Shown in pieces: positions 10,178 to 22,445 of a DNA stretch of 64,000 nt. The number at the start of each line of letters is the position of its first letter. Position 1 is the stretch's first letter. Made by a program: the position numbers and the translations under genes. The notes beneath the pieces were generated by a model, which saw only the letters and a list, made by a program, of their open reading frames with translations, did no database searches and was not told where the DNA came from. Source of the DNA: Candidatus Eiseniibacteriota bacterium (GTDB lineage Bacteria > Eisenbacteria > RBG-16-71-46 > CAIMUX01 > VGJL01); contig CAWBWI010000001.1 in NCBI GenBank assembly GCA_963792585.1, positions 1,184,001 through 1,248,000 of the forward strand. The letters are read 5' to 3'.

Positions 10178-10705
10178 TTATCTTTCCGGGGTTGCGAGCC
10201 CCTCATGAATGACCGGCAAGGAGTCGGGAAAATCCCGCCCGAGGATCAGGATCACGTCCGCCTCAGGGACCGACTTCCGCTCGGTAATGAGAACTCCGAC
10301 GCCGAGGCACCTCTGCAGGAAGTCCTCGACCTGTTCCGCAGCCTCGGCGCGGCTCGACCGGGCGACGACGATCGTCTTCTCGTAGTTCGAGTTGTCGGCA
10401 TTGCGCGTCTCGAAGACGTCGATCCCCGACCGCCGCAGCCAGCGTTCAACCCTTCCGCCGAGGCCCACCCGGCCGCACCCGTTGAGGATCACGACCGTCG
10501 GCGATCCCGCCTCAGGGATCCTCGCGGGCGGCAGCTCGAGGGCCGCGGGGGTTGCGGTCCGTGCGGATCGGGACCTCGCGCGGTCGAGTTGTCCCATGTA
10601 GATGCTGACGGCAAAGAAGCCGATCAGGATGAAGAGGAGGACCGTGAGCCAGCTCCTCGCGCCTGTCCCCTTCCGCTTCTTGCGACCCCGTCCTTTGCGT
10701 TTCAT
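10178..10705 (-). CDS. Membrane-anchored LytR C-terminal domain protein
   Basis: Basic N-terminus, one [15 protein letters not shown]...[10 protein letters not shown]...[12 protein letters not shown] at 10705 overlaps the upstream stop. Confidence 0.85.
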   Translation of the reverse strand: MKRKGRGRKKRKGTGARSWLTVLLFILIGFFAVSIYMGQLDRARSRSARTATPAALELPPARIPEAGSPTVVILNGCGRVGLGGRVERWLRRSGIDVFETRNADNSNYEKTIVVARSSRAEAAEQVEDFLQRCLGVGVLITERKSVPEADVILILGRDFPDSLPVIHEGLATPER

Positions 10706-11865
10706 CGCACAGTCCCTTGCGCGCCGAGCGCTTCGCGCACCCTCCGGTAGGTCGTCTCGAGAGACTCGGGCAGGAGGGTCACGTCCGCCAGGAGCGGCAG
10801 GAAGTTGGCGTCGCCGATCCACCGCGGGATGACCTGGAGCCCGAGATGCTCCCCGGGTATACCCGAATTGTAGCCGATGTTCATCCCTTGCGGATGATAG
10901 ACGGTCTCGACCGTCGCGGCGCCGATTTCGCCCAGGACCCACAGCTCCCGCCGCTCGGCCGCGTCCAGATCGGAGTGGCGGAGGACGTGGCGGAGGGGAT
11001 GGGCGGCGATCTGCCCGGAATTGTAGGGCCGTGCGGTGACGACCAGGATCGCACGGGCCGTCCGCGAAAGGACGGGGTAGCCGTCATCCCGCCCCGCCAG
11101 ATCACAGATCGGGCAGTCCAGGGTCCCCGTCCTGCGGCGCTTTTCGAGCAGGTCTTCCGCGGCCGCCAGCTGTGCGGGGGTGTTGATGCCGGAAATCTCC
11201 ATCGGGTCGGCCAGGGTGTAGGTTCCCACGCGCTCTCCCCGACGACGGAGGTGGGAGATCGTGTCGGTCAGGTAGAGCTCTCCCTGCTGGTTGTCGTCGC
11301 GAAGGTGCCTGAGGGATTCGAGGAGATCGGCCGTCCGGAAGGCATAGATCCCGGAGTTGATCTCGTCGATCCGGCGCTGGTCCGGGGCGAGGTCCCTGTC
11401 CTCGGTGATCGCCTCGAACGCCCCGCCGGCATCGCGGATGATCCGCCCGTATCCGGCCGGATCGGGCACCCGAGCCGTCAACACGGTGACGGCATTCCCA
11501 TCGTGGCGGTGCTCCTCCATCAACTCGAGGAGCGTATGACGGCGCAGGAGGGGAACATCGCCGTAGAGCACCAGGGTGGATCCGTCGTGACCGCGCAGGA
11601 AGGCTTCCGCCTGCTGCACGGCGTGGCCCGTCCCGCGCTGCGGCTGCTGGATGACCCACGCCACATCCCAGGCCGCGTGCGCTGCGCGCACCCGCTCGTG
11701 CTGGTGACCGATGATCACGGCGGTCTTCTCGATCGGCAGGCGCGAGGCGGTGCGCAGGACGTGCGTCAAGAGCGGCTCGCCCGAGATGGGGTGCAGGACC
11801 TTCGCGAGATCGGACTTCATTCTCGTTCCCTGCCCGGCGGCGAGAACGACTGCGCGCCAGCTCAA
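10702..11865 (-). CDS. GlmU-like nucleotidyltransferase domain fused to a degenerate HIT domain
   Basis: TTG 11865; LAAGQGTRMKSDLAKVLH, GTGHAV, YGDVP, EINSGIY, NQQGELYLTD; no hexapeptide repeat; then CPIC...PYNSG...GMNIGYN...HLGLQVIPRWIGDANF. Confidence 0.85.
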   Translation of the reverse strand: MSWRAVVLAAGQGTRMKSDLAKVLHPISGEPLLTHVLRTASRLPIEKTAVIIGHQHERVRAAHAAWDVAWVIQQPQRGTGHAVQQAEAFLRGHDGSTLVLYGDVPLLRRHTLLELMEEHRHDGNAVTVLTARVPDPAGYGRIIRDAGGAFEAITEDRDLAPDQRRIDEINSGIYAFRTADLLESLRHLRDDNQQGELYLTDTISHLRRRGERVGTYTLADPMEISGINTPAQLAAAEDLLEKRRRTGTLDCPICDLAGRDDGYPVLSRTARAILVVTARPYNSGQIAAHPLRHVLRHSDLDAAERRELWVLGEIGAATVETVYHPQGMNIGYNSGIPGEHLGLQVIPRWIGDANFLPLLADVTLLPESLETTYRRVREALGAQGTVR

Positions 11866-12707
11866 CGTTCTCTCCTTGGCCGCGCGATCACGTTGTCGAT
11901 GAGTCGAGCCCGGCCGAGCCGATAGGCCACGGCGAAGAGCACCGGACCTCCGGGCGCAGGAGCGTCGAGCGAGTCCGGATCGACCGCCGCGAAATACTCG
12001 AGGCGCCCCGGCCCCCGGGAGAGGCGGCGCTTCATCCGGGCCGCGGCCGCTCCCGGCGCGACACCCGCGCGGAAGGACGCGGCCGCATCGCGAAGCGCCG
12101 CGTAGAGCGCCGGCGCCCAACGGCGCTCCTCGGGCGTGAGATAGGCATTGCGACTCGAGCAGGCAAGTCCGTCCGTCTCGCGGATGGTGGGGCAGACGAC
12201 GACCCGCACACCGAAATCGAGGTCGGCGACCAGTCGCCGCAGGATCGCCGCCTGCTGCGCGTCCTTCTGGCCGAGGTAGAGGCGATCGGGCTCGACGGCG
12301 GCAGGAGCTTCGTCACGACCGTCGCCACACCGTCGAAATGGCCCGGGCGCGATCGGCCCTCGAGCGGGTCCTGGAGGCGCAGGACGCTCACCCGCGTGGC
12401 GAATCCGACCGGATAGAGCCGCGCCGCATCGGGGCGGTAGAGGAGATCGACTCCCTCCTCGCGCAGGATGACGCGTCGCGTGCGCCGGGCGCGGATAGCG
12501 GGCGTAGTCCTCTCCTTCTCCGAACTGGAGCGGGTTGACGAAGACGCTCACGACGAGGCGGTCGCACTCCCGCCGGGCGCGACGCATCAATGACCGATGA
12601 CCGATGTGGAGCGCTCCCATCGTCGGCACGAAACCGACCGTCTCACCGCGCGCTCGGCAGGCGCGAACGACGGCCCGGGCGGCATCGGGAGTGCGAACGG
12701 TCTTCAC
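11862..12707 (-). CDS. panC: Pantoate--beta-alanine ligase (frameshifted)
   Basis: [58 protein letters not shown] across frames. Confidence 0.92.
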   Translation of the reverse strand: MKTVRTPDAARAVVRACRARGETVGFVPTMGALHIGHRSLMRRARRECDRLVVSVFVNPLQFGEGEDYARYPRPAHATRHPARGGSRSPLPPRCGAALSGRIRHAGERPAPPGPARGPIAPGPFRRCGDGRDEAPAAVEPDRLYLGQKDAQQAAILRRLVADLDFGVRVVVCPTIRETDGLACSSRNAYLTPEERRWAPALYAALRDAAASFRAGVAPGAAAARMKRRLSRGPGRLEYFAAVDPDSLDAPAPGGPVLFAVAYRLGRARLIDNVIARPRRER

Positions 12708-13525
12708 GCCTTCGCCCCCTTGCCCTCTCCGAAGGAGTGTTCGGGACCGGGGAAGACTCCCTCCTCGACCTCGCGCGCGTAGGCGCGCACCGCCTCCTCG
12801 ATCGTCTCCGCGAGCTTCGCATACCGCTTGACGAACTTCGGCTGGAACTCCTCGTAGAGGCCGAGCATGTCGTAGAGCACCAGGACCTGGCCGTCGCAGC
12901 CCGGCCCGGCGCCGATTCCGATCGTCGGGATCGAAAGGGCCGCGCTCACCCTCACCGGCCAGCGTCGCCGGAACGCTCTCGAGCACGATCGAGAAGCAGC
13001 CCGCCGCCTCGAGTCCCTTGGCCTCCTCGATCAGGCGGTCTCCCTGGTCGCCGCGTCCCTGCACGTGGAATCCGCTCATCTGGAGCACGGACTGCGGCGT
13101 GAGCCCCAGGTGCCCCATCACCGGGATCCCGGACTCGACCATCGTCCGGATCGAAGCGTGATTGCGCGCGCCCCCCTCGAGCTTGACCGCGTCGGCCCCC
13201 GTCTCCTTGATCACGCGGATCGCCGCCTCCATGGTCTGCTCGACGCCCGACCTGGAAGCTGCCGAAGGGAAGATCGACGACGACGAGCGCCCGCGGGCGG
13301 GCGCGCGTCACGGCGCGCGCGTGGTGGATCATCTCGTCGAGAGTGACCGGGATCGTGGAGCCGTGGCCGAGGACGACATTGCCGAGGCTGTCGCCGACGA
13401 GGAGGATGTCGACCCCGCTGCGGTCCAGGATCCGCGCGGTCGGATGGTCGTAGCAGGTCAGGACCACGACCCGCTTCTTCCCCTTCATGCCGCGGATGTC
13501 GCGGATCGTCAGGTGCGCGTCCCAT
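12704..13525 (-). CDS. panB: 3-methyl-2-oxobutanoate hydroxymethyltransferase (frameshifted)
   Basis: [53 protein letters not shown] across frames. Confidence 0.93.
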
Positions 13526-14183
13526 CAGGTCTGCCCTCCCACCGGATTGTAGTAGAGCGTGCCCGGTCGTGTGCTCACGAATCCGGGTCAGGAGATCCTC
13601 GAAGTCCTCCCCGCTCTCGACGAAATCGATCGCGTCGGTGTTGACGACGAGCAGCGGGGCTTCCTCGTAGTGGAAGAAGAACCGGTTGTACGCCTCACCC
13701 AGGGAGCGGAGGTACTCGGGGTCGATGCCCTGCTCGAAGGTCGCTGCCCCGCCGCTCGATCCGGCGCATCAAGGTCTCGAGACTCGCCTGAAGATACACC
13801 ACCCGGTCGGGGCGCGGCAGATCGCGCTCGAGGAGCGGCCAGCACCTGGTCGTAGAGCTCCATCTCGGACTCGTCGAGGTTCAGGCTCGCGAAGATCCGA
13901 TCCTTGCGGAATAGGTAGTCGCAGACGATCCGTCCCTCGAAGAGATCGACCTGACCGAGCGCGCGCTGCTGCCGGTAACGCGAGAGCAGAAAGAACATCT
14001 GGCACTGGAAGGCGATAGCGCCGCCGGTCCTTGTAGAACGCCCTCGAGGAACGGGTTCTCCTCGACCTCCTCGAGGACGAGCCGCGCATGCAGCCGCTCG
14101 GCGATCCTCCGCGACAGCGTGCTCTTGCCGACCCCGATGACGCCCTCAATGGCGAGGAAGCCGGGATCGCGGGTCGGGGTCAT
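13525..14183 (-). CDS. Deoxynucleoside kinase (frameshifted)
   Basis: IEGVIGVGKSTL, EENPFL, FFLLSRYRQQ, DYLFRKDRIFA; TGATG coupling to panB. Confidence 0.88.
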
Positions 14184-14237
14184 GGTCAGGTTCCTCCTCG
14201 AGGCGCAGACGTCCTAGCGGGACGCACCTCGCTCGGG

Positions 14238-14697
14238 TCAGGGTCCAGCGCGACGCAGCATCTCGACGGCCGTCCGTCCTGTCAACGGATCCCGCCAGCC
14301 GGGCGCGATCTCGCAGAGCGGGACCAGAACGAATGCCCGCTCGGCGATCCGCGGATGGGGCAGGACGAGATCCGGCGTGTCGATGCGGGCGCCGTCATGA
14401 TCGAGCAGATCCAGATCCAGCGCTCGGGGTCCCCAGCGCTCGCCGGGCACGCGTCCGGCCTCTCGCTCGATCGCCTGGAGGATCGCGAGAAGCGCACGGG
14501 GGGCGAGCGTTGCTTCGAACTGGACCACGGCGTTCAGGAAACTCGGGTTGAGAGACACCACCCCACGGCGGGGTCTCGTAGACGTGGCTCGCGCAGAAGC
14601 TCCCGGGAGCCGCGTGCGCGCGAAGACGGCCGGCCGCGAAGGCGAGATTCCACTCTCGGTCACCGAGGTTGCCGCCGAGAGCGACCAGGACGGTCAC
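14238..14697 (-). CDS. folK: HPPK, 2-amino-4-hydroxy-6-hydroxymethyldihydropteridine diphosphokinase (frameshifted)
   Basis: VALGGNLGDR, YETPPWG, FLNAVV, RWGPRALDLDLL, LPHPRIAERAFVLVPL. Confidence 0.92.
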
Positions 14698-15054
14698 GTC
14701 CGCTCGCGCTCCATCTCCACCTCGACGCAGGAGAGGTGCGCGTCGAACGGCAGGTTCGTCTTGCGCACGCGCACGATCGTCTTTCGGACCGCGAACTCGC
14801 GCAGGATCATCGCGGCGATCTCTCCCGCCAGCGACTCGATCAGGTGGAACTTGCGACCCTGCGCGATCTCCCGCGTCCTCCGATAGACGCTCTCGTAGTC
14901 GACGGTCTGATGAACGTCGTCGCGTCGCCGCGGCGATGGTGAGATCGAGGAGGAGCTCGATGTCCAGAGTGACCTTCTGGACCCACTCCTTCTCGCTTTC
15001 CGCGACGCCGAGCCGCGGGAACACCGTGACGTCGTTCAGCCGGATTCGGTCCAT
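14694..15054 (-). CDS. folB: Dihydroneopterin aldolase (frameshifted)
   Basis: MDRIRLND...GVAESEK...Q; TVDYESVY; KFHLIESLA; directly upstream of folK. Confidence 0.85.
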
Positions 15055-15064
15055 CACGCGGCGC

Positions 15065-16689
<1,625 letters not shown>

Positions 16690-16718
16690 TCAACCCCCTC
16701 CAGCACACGCCCCCGGCC

Positions 16719-17001
16719 CTAGAGAATGGCCAGGATCTCGGTTTGGTGCAGGACCATGTATTCCTTGTCACCCAAGCGAACCTCGGTTCCGGCCCAGCGG
16801 CCGAAGAGGACCTTGTCGCCCGGCTTGACGTCTATCGGCTGACGCTTGCCGTCGTCGCCGACCTTCCCGTCACCGACCGCCTCGACGATCCCCTGCTGGC
16901 GGCTTTTCCTTGACCGTGTCGGGGATGATGATCCCGCCGACCTTCTCCTCGGCCTCGATAAAACGGATGAGGACGCGGTCGCCAAGTGGTTTCATTTTCA
17001 T
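16719..17001 (-). CDS. groS: Co-chaperonin GroES (one frameshift)
   Basis: [51 protein letters not shown]. Confidence 0.93.
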
Positions 17002-17092
17002 ACGTTGACAATCCTCCTTCGCATGATCGACCCCGGCCGGACGCCTGCCGACCGGGGTATCTGGCGATCGGCCGGACCGGCCGCCAGATGGC

Positions 17093-17122
17093 AGTCTAGA
17101 GGCCCTTCCGGGGCCGCCTCAA
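17093..17122 (-). promoter_or_regulatory. Putative sigma70 promoter of groES-groEL
   Basis: TTGAGG-N18-TAGACT on the minus strand about 90 nt upstream of the groES start. Confidence 0.5.
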
Positions 17123-17932
17123 GGTCGATTTTGGGCGGCCGCGCCGCGGGCGCGGACCCGCTCGTCGATCAGCCGCAGTCCATGAAGGGTCAGCCCCGGC
17201 TCGACCCGGGAGAGGGTTCGGCAGATGGGGGCGAGCACACCGGCCAGTCCGCCGGTGGCCACGACGGTCGCCCCGGATTCCCATCTCGCGCCGGATCCTG
17301 CCCGACGATGCCGTCGATCTGCCCCGCCGCGCCGTAGAGAACCCCCGACTGGATGCTGTGCTCGGTCGTCCGCCCCACGACGCGGGGCGGCAGGTCCAGT
17401 TCGACCTTCGCCAGGCGCGCGCCGCGACGGAACAGCTCCTCGGCGCTCGTCAGCACCCCCGGCGCGATCACGCCGCCGACATAGCGCGGCCCGGGCATCA
17501 CGACATCGAAGGTCGTCGCCGTCCCGAGGTCGACAACGATTGCGGGGAGCATCGTAGAGGGTCGCGACGGCGACCGCATCGGCGATCCGGTCCGCGCCGA
17601 CCGACGAGGGATCGGTCACGTCGAGCTTCAGGCCGTGCGGAAGCGAGGCGGTCACGACGACCGGCTTCGCGCCAAGATGCCGGCGCGCGTACTCCTCGTA
17701 TGCTGCCGGTCAGCGTCGGCACGACCGAGGCGATCGCCACGCGCCGGCCGGCTCCGATCTGCGTCGCGTAGGGACGCAGGAGCGGCTCGAGCAGCGGCAA
17801 CAACTCATCGGCCGTCCTGCCCACCTGCGAGGTCAGCCTCCAGAGCGCGTGAAGCTTCTCGCGCTCGAGGACGCCGATGACGACCTGCGTGTTGCCGATG
17901 TCGATCGCGAGCAGCCAGTCCTTAGCCGGCAT
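17119..17932 (-). CDS. coaX: Type III pantothenate kinase (frameshifted)
   Basis: LLAIDIGNTQ, ASVVP, VGADRIAD, VVDLGTATTFD, GGVIAPG, VVATGG. Confidence 0.92.
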
Positions 17933-18722
17933 GATCTCCACCTCCTTGCCCGGGCGGAGCCGGGATGACCACCGTCTTCTCCTTGCCGCGCCAGATCGCC
18001 CGCGCGACGAAGATGCTCGAGAAATACAGGATCAGGACCGGAACGGCGAGGACGACCTGCGCGATGAAGACGTCGCCCGGGGTCACGATCGCCGTCAGGA
18101 TGAAGGTCCCGATGAGCGCATGCCGCCAGTGACGGATCAGGAACTCGGGGCGCAGGATCTCGACCATCGATAGGATCGCCACGACCACGGGGAGTTGAAA
18201 GAGCAGCCCGCTCGCGAACGCCATCCCGATGACGAAGTCCAACAGGTAACTGACGGCGATCTGCGCCCGGATGTGGTCGCTCCCCATCCCCACCAGGAAC
18301 TTCAGCATCGTGGGCGTGACGACCAGGTAGCTGAAGAGCACCCCGGAGTAGAAGAGAAGGGTGGACCAGAAGACGAGCGGTCCGACCATCGACCGCTCCT
18401 TCTGCATGAGACCCGGGACCACGAACGTCCAGACTTGCCACAGGATGAACGGGATCGAAACGATCAGACCCAGGAGGAAGGCGATCTTGAGGCGGGCGTT
18501 GAACGCTTCCATGGGGCGCAGGAACGTGGCCTCGCCCACCGTCCGCACGACGATCTGCTCGAGCACGTTTCCCGAGAAGTAGTACGCCCCGAGGGTCGCC
18601 AGCAACAGCACGCCGATCCCGCGGATGACGACGCGACGCAACTCCTCGAGATGCTCCATGAAGGGCATCTCGCGATCGTCACGCCGGAAGATCGAGCCGA
18701 TCCCCTTCCAGCCTTCTCCCAC
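17922..18722 (-). CDS. tatC: Twin-arginine translocase subunit TatC
   Basis: EMPFMEHLEELR, WQVWTFVVPGL, FQLPVV, AIVTPGD. Confidence 0.95.
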   Translation of the reverse strand: MGEGWKGIGSIFRRDDREMPFMEHLEELRRVVIRGIGVLLLATLGAYYFSGNVLEQIVVRTVGEATFLRPMEAFNARLKIAFLLGLIVSIPFILWQVWTFVVPGLMQKERSMVGPLVFWSTLLFYSGVLFSYLVVTPTMLKFLVGMGSDHIRAQIAVSYLLDFVIGMAFASGLLFQLPVVVAILSMVEILRPEFLIRHWRHALIGTFILTAIVTPGDVFIAQVVLAVPVLILYFSSIFVARAIWRGKEKTVVIPAPPGQGGGDHAG

Positions 18723-18756
18723 CGGGTTTCCTCGCGCCCCGCCGCAGGGCGGCGCG

Positions 18757-21700
18757 CTAGGCCTCCTCCCCTTCGATGAGCCCGGCCGCGGCCGTCTCGG
18801 CAGTGATGGGTGCGAACTCGACGTCGGTCTCGTTGAGCCTCACCGAGACGATCCGCGAGACGCCCGCCTGCTGCATCGTCACGCCGTAGAGCCGGTCCGC
18901 CGCCTCCATCGTCCGCTTGTTGTGGGTGATGACGACGAACTGCGTCCGTTCACTGAAGTGCCGTAGCAGGGTTACGAAGCGGCCGATGTTCGCGTCATCG
19001 AGCGGGGCGTCGAGCTCGTCCAGGATGCAGAAGGGGCTCGGCTTGACGAGATAGATCCCGAAGAGGAGCGCGATCGCCGTCAGAGCCCGCTCGCCCGGTC
19101 GACAGGAGCCGGACGATCTGGAGCTTCTTGCCGCTCGGGCGCGCAACGATCTCGATCTCGGCCTCGAGCGCATCCTCGCCCACGAGGCGCACGTCGGCCT
19201 CTCCGCCCGGAAAGAGGTACTCGAAGGTGCGCTGGAAGTGGATCCGCGCAGCGTCGAACGTCTCGCGAAACATCTGTCCCGCCGTGTCGTTGATCTTGGC
19301 GATCGTCTCGAGAAGATCCTTCTTCGCGTTGCGCAGGTCTTCCTGCTGGGTCCGGTGGAAGAGGAGACGCTCCTTCTGCCGGGCATACTCCTCGGAAGCG
19401 AGGAAGTTGACCGGTCCGACCGTTTGCTGGACCCGCCGGAGTTCCTCGATCCGCTTGCGCGCGGCCGCGATCTCCGCCTGGGTTTCTTCCTGCGTCGCCG
19501 CCGCCGCCCCCTCGGGCTTCGGCTGCTTGCCCGCTTCCTCCGCGATGTCGACCCGGAACTCCTGCATCAGACGATCGCGCAAACGCTCCATCTCGGAGCG
19601 GATCTCCAGCTCGCGAAGCTGATCGTCGTGGAGCCGCTCCTGGAGTCCGTTCAATTCGCTGCGAACCTCACGGATCGCATGTTCGTCGGCGGCGACGAGG
19701 GTGGAATCCTCATCCCGCTCCTGCCGCCGGAGTTCGAGCGCGCGTTCGGCCTCGGCCAGGGCGGCTTCGATCGCGCCCGCGCGCTCCTCGAGCCCGGTGC
19801 GCGCATCGCTCGCCTGCGTCCGCAGCAGGATCGACTCGGTCCGCTCCTCCCCCCAGAGCCGAATGGCACCGGTGAGGCGATCCGCTTCCTCGCGGTCACG
19901 CTCCCGGCCCGTCTCGATCTCGCGCAGCGCATTCTCGATCCGCACCGCTTCGGTCCGTGCAGCGCTCAGGGCCGCGAAGGCGTCGTCGCGATTTCGGCTC
20001 GCCTCCTCCTCCCGCGCCCGCGCCTGCTCGAAACGTTCCTCTGCCTCGTGACCGCTCGACTCGGAGAGCCCGAGCCGTCGATTGATCTCGACCCGCTCCG
20101 CCTCGAGGCGCGCGATCCGCTCATCGAGCGAGGCAAGCTCCGATGCCGTCCGCTCCGATTCCTCGAGGAGCAGTCCCCGCTCCACCCGTCGTTCGGAGAG
20201 CTCGCGCTCGCAGCGATTGCGCCGAACATCCAGGGTCGCCCGATCCGCCGTCTCCCGGCGGATCGCCTCGGTCCCCGCCGCAATCTCCTCTTCACGGGCG
20301 GCGAGGCGCGTGCGCGCAGCCGCCTCTTCACCGGAGATTCGTTCGCAGGCCTCTTCGAGACGCGGGATCTCGCGCATGCGCTCGATGATGTCGCGGTCGA
20401 CATCGCGCCCGCCGGCCGCGCGGATCCACCCCTCCGTCGCGAAGACATCCCCTTCCGGCGTCAGGTGGCGGAGCGAGGGCCCCGAGCCCGAGCGCGCCGC
20501 ATCGCGCGCCGCATCGAGGCTCTCCGCCGGACGCACGCGCGATTCCAGGAAGCGGATGAGCGGCGCGAGTTCCGGTGCGCCGGACAAGGGCGGGCCACCG
20601 GGCCAGTCGTATCCCGGGCCGAAGTCCCGCGCGGCGTTCTCGCGAAGCGGGAAGAGGGTGACCCCGCCCCGCCCCGCGGCGCGCAGCAGATCGAGCGTCC
20701 GGATCGCGGTCTCTCCGTCCTCCACGACGACCCACTGGATCGCCTCGCTCAGGAGGGCTTCCGCCGTCGTTTCGCTCAGCGATCCCGACGCGGCGATCAA
20801 CTCGCCGACGACGCCGTGGATCCCCGCCACACTCCCGCGCTTCTCCAGCAGGAAGTGGATCGCCGCGTCGAACCCTTCGTGCCGCGACTTCTGCTCGCGG
20901 AGGAGATTCAGACGGCTTTCGAGCGAAGCCCGGCGCCGCGCGAGATCCTCGCGCTGCTGCCGCAGTTGCTCGCGATCAGCCTCGGCGGTGACCCGCGTCT
21001 GCTCGAGGCTGCTCAGGGAACCGTCGAGTTCAGCAAGCCTGCCGCTGATACGCGAAAGCTCCTCTTCCTGCACGGCCATCGAGCCTGCGAGATCCTGCGC
21101 TTTCTGGACCAGACCATCGCGGTGGGAAACCACGAAGTTGCGGCGCAGTGCGTGCTGCTCTTCCTGCTGGCCGATCGATTCGAGGTCCTTGTCGTCCTTC
21201 GTGCGCACGAGGAGATGGTCCATCCGCAGTTGGGCGGCGCCGGCCGAGGTCTCGCGGGCCGCGCGCAGCGTGCGCTCCGCCTCCTGAAAGACGACGTCCG
21301 CGGCATCGACTTGGCCTCTGGTGTCCCTCGCGCTCCGCCAGGAGCCGGTCGCACTCCGGAATGCGCTCGCCTCGATCCTGCCGCGCAACCCCGCCTCGCG
21401 TACCGATTCCTCCTCGATCCTCCGGGAGAGTTCGATCTCCTTCTGCTCCCAGCTCTGGATCCTCGCGGCGAGGACGGAGGCTTCCTCCCGGTTGGACGAT
21501 TGCTCGGAGAGCAGGTCCTCGCGCAACTTGCGAACCTCGTCGAGCACGCGTTCGCGTTCGAGCAGGCGCAGCTTGCGCTTCTCGAGCTCCGCCTCGCGGC
21601 GCGCGAGGTCGGCCGCCAGGCGCTCGCGCTGGCCGCTCCAATGATCCCGTTCGGAGGTGTACGAGGTCCGCGCGGCTTCCAACTCGGCCCACTGGCGGAG

Positions 21701-22390
21701 CGCCAGGTGGACTTCGAGATCCCGAATCTGACCGACCAGGCGCTCGTGCTTGCGCGCCTTGCCAACCTGCCGGGCGAGCGAGCGCACCTCACGCTCGATC
21801 TCGCGGACGATGTCATCGATCCGGATCAGGTCCTGCTCGGTCGCATCGAGCTTGCGAAGGGCGTCCTTCCGCTGGAGCTTGTACCGACTGATCCCCGCCG
21901 CTTCCTCGAAGAAGATCCTCCGCTGTTCGTCGTGATCGGAGAGGACGTCGTCCACCATCTGACGCTCGATGACCGAGTATCCGCTGCTGCCAAGCCCGGT
22001 CCCGAGGAAGAGATTCCGGATGTCCTTCAATCTGCACGGAATGTGGTTGATCAGGAACTCGCTGTCCCCCGAGCGGAAGACGCGGCGCGCGATCGAGATC
22101 TCCGCATGGTCGAGCGGGAGCGCGCGGTCCTCGTTGTCGACGAGCAGACTCACCTCGGCAAACCCCGAGGGCTTCGCGGTGCCCGATCCCTTGAAGATCA
22201 CGTCGACGAGGTTCTCGCCGCGAAGATTGCGGACGTTCGCCTCGCCGAGGACCCAGCGGATCGCATCGGACACGTTGCTCTTGCCGCAGCCGTTCGGGCC
22301 GACGATCGAGGTGATCCCTGCCCCGAGCGGAATCTCGGTCCGGTTGCAGAACGACTTGAAGCCATGGAGCATGATGCTCTTCAGATGCAC
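18757..22390 (-). CDS. smc: Chromosome segregation protein SMC (frameshift near 19095)
   Basis: [22 protein letters not shown], long coiled coils and hinge, [42 protein letters not shown]. Confidence 0.95.
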
Positions 22391-22445
22391 GCTGTCGCCT
22401 CCTTGGATGCATTCAGCCGGCGAAGATCAATGTCGACGGGCCCGG

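Noticed and set aside
11862..13232. PanB-PanC fusion suggested by the ORF track
   Set aside because: Results from indels; panB ends at 12704 with GTGA overlap on the panC start.
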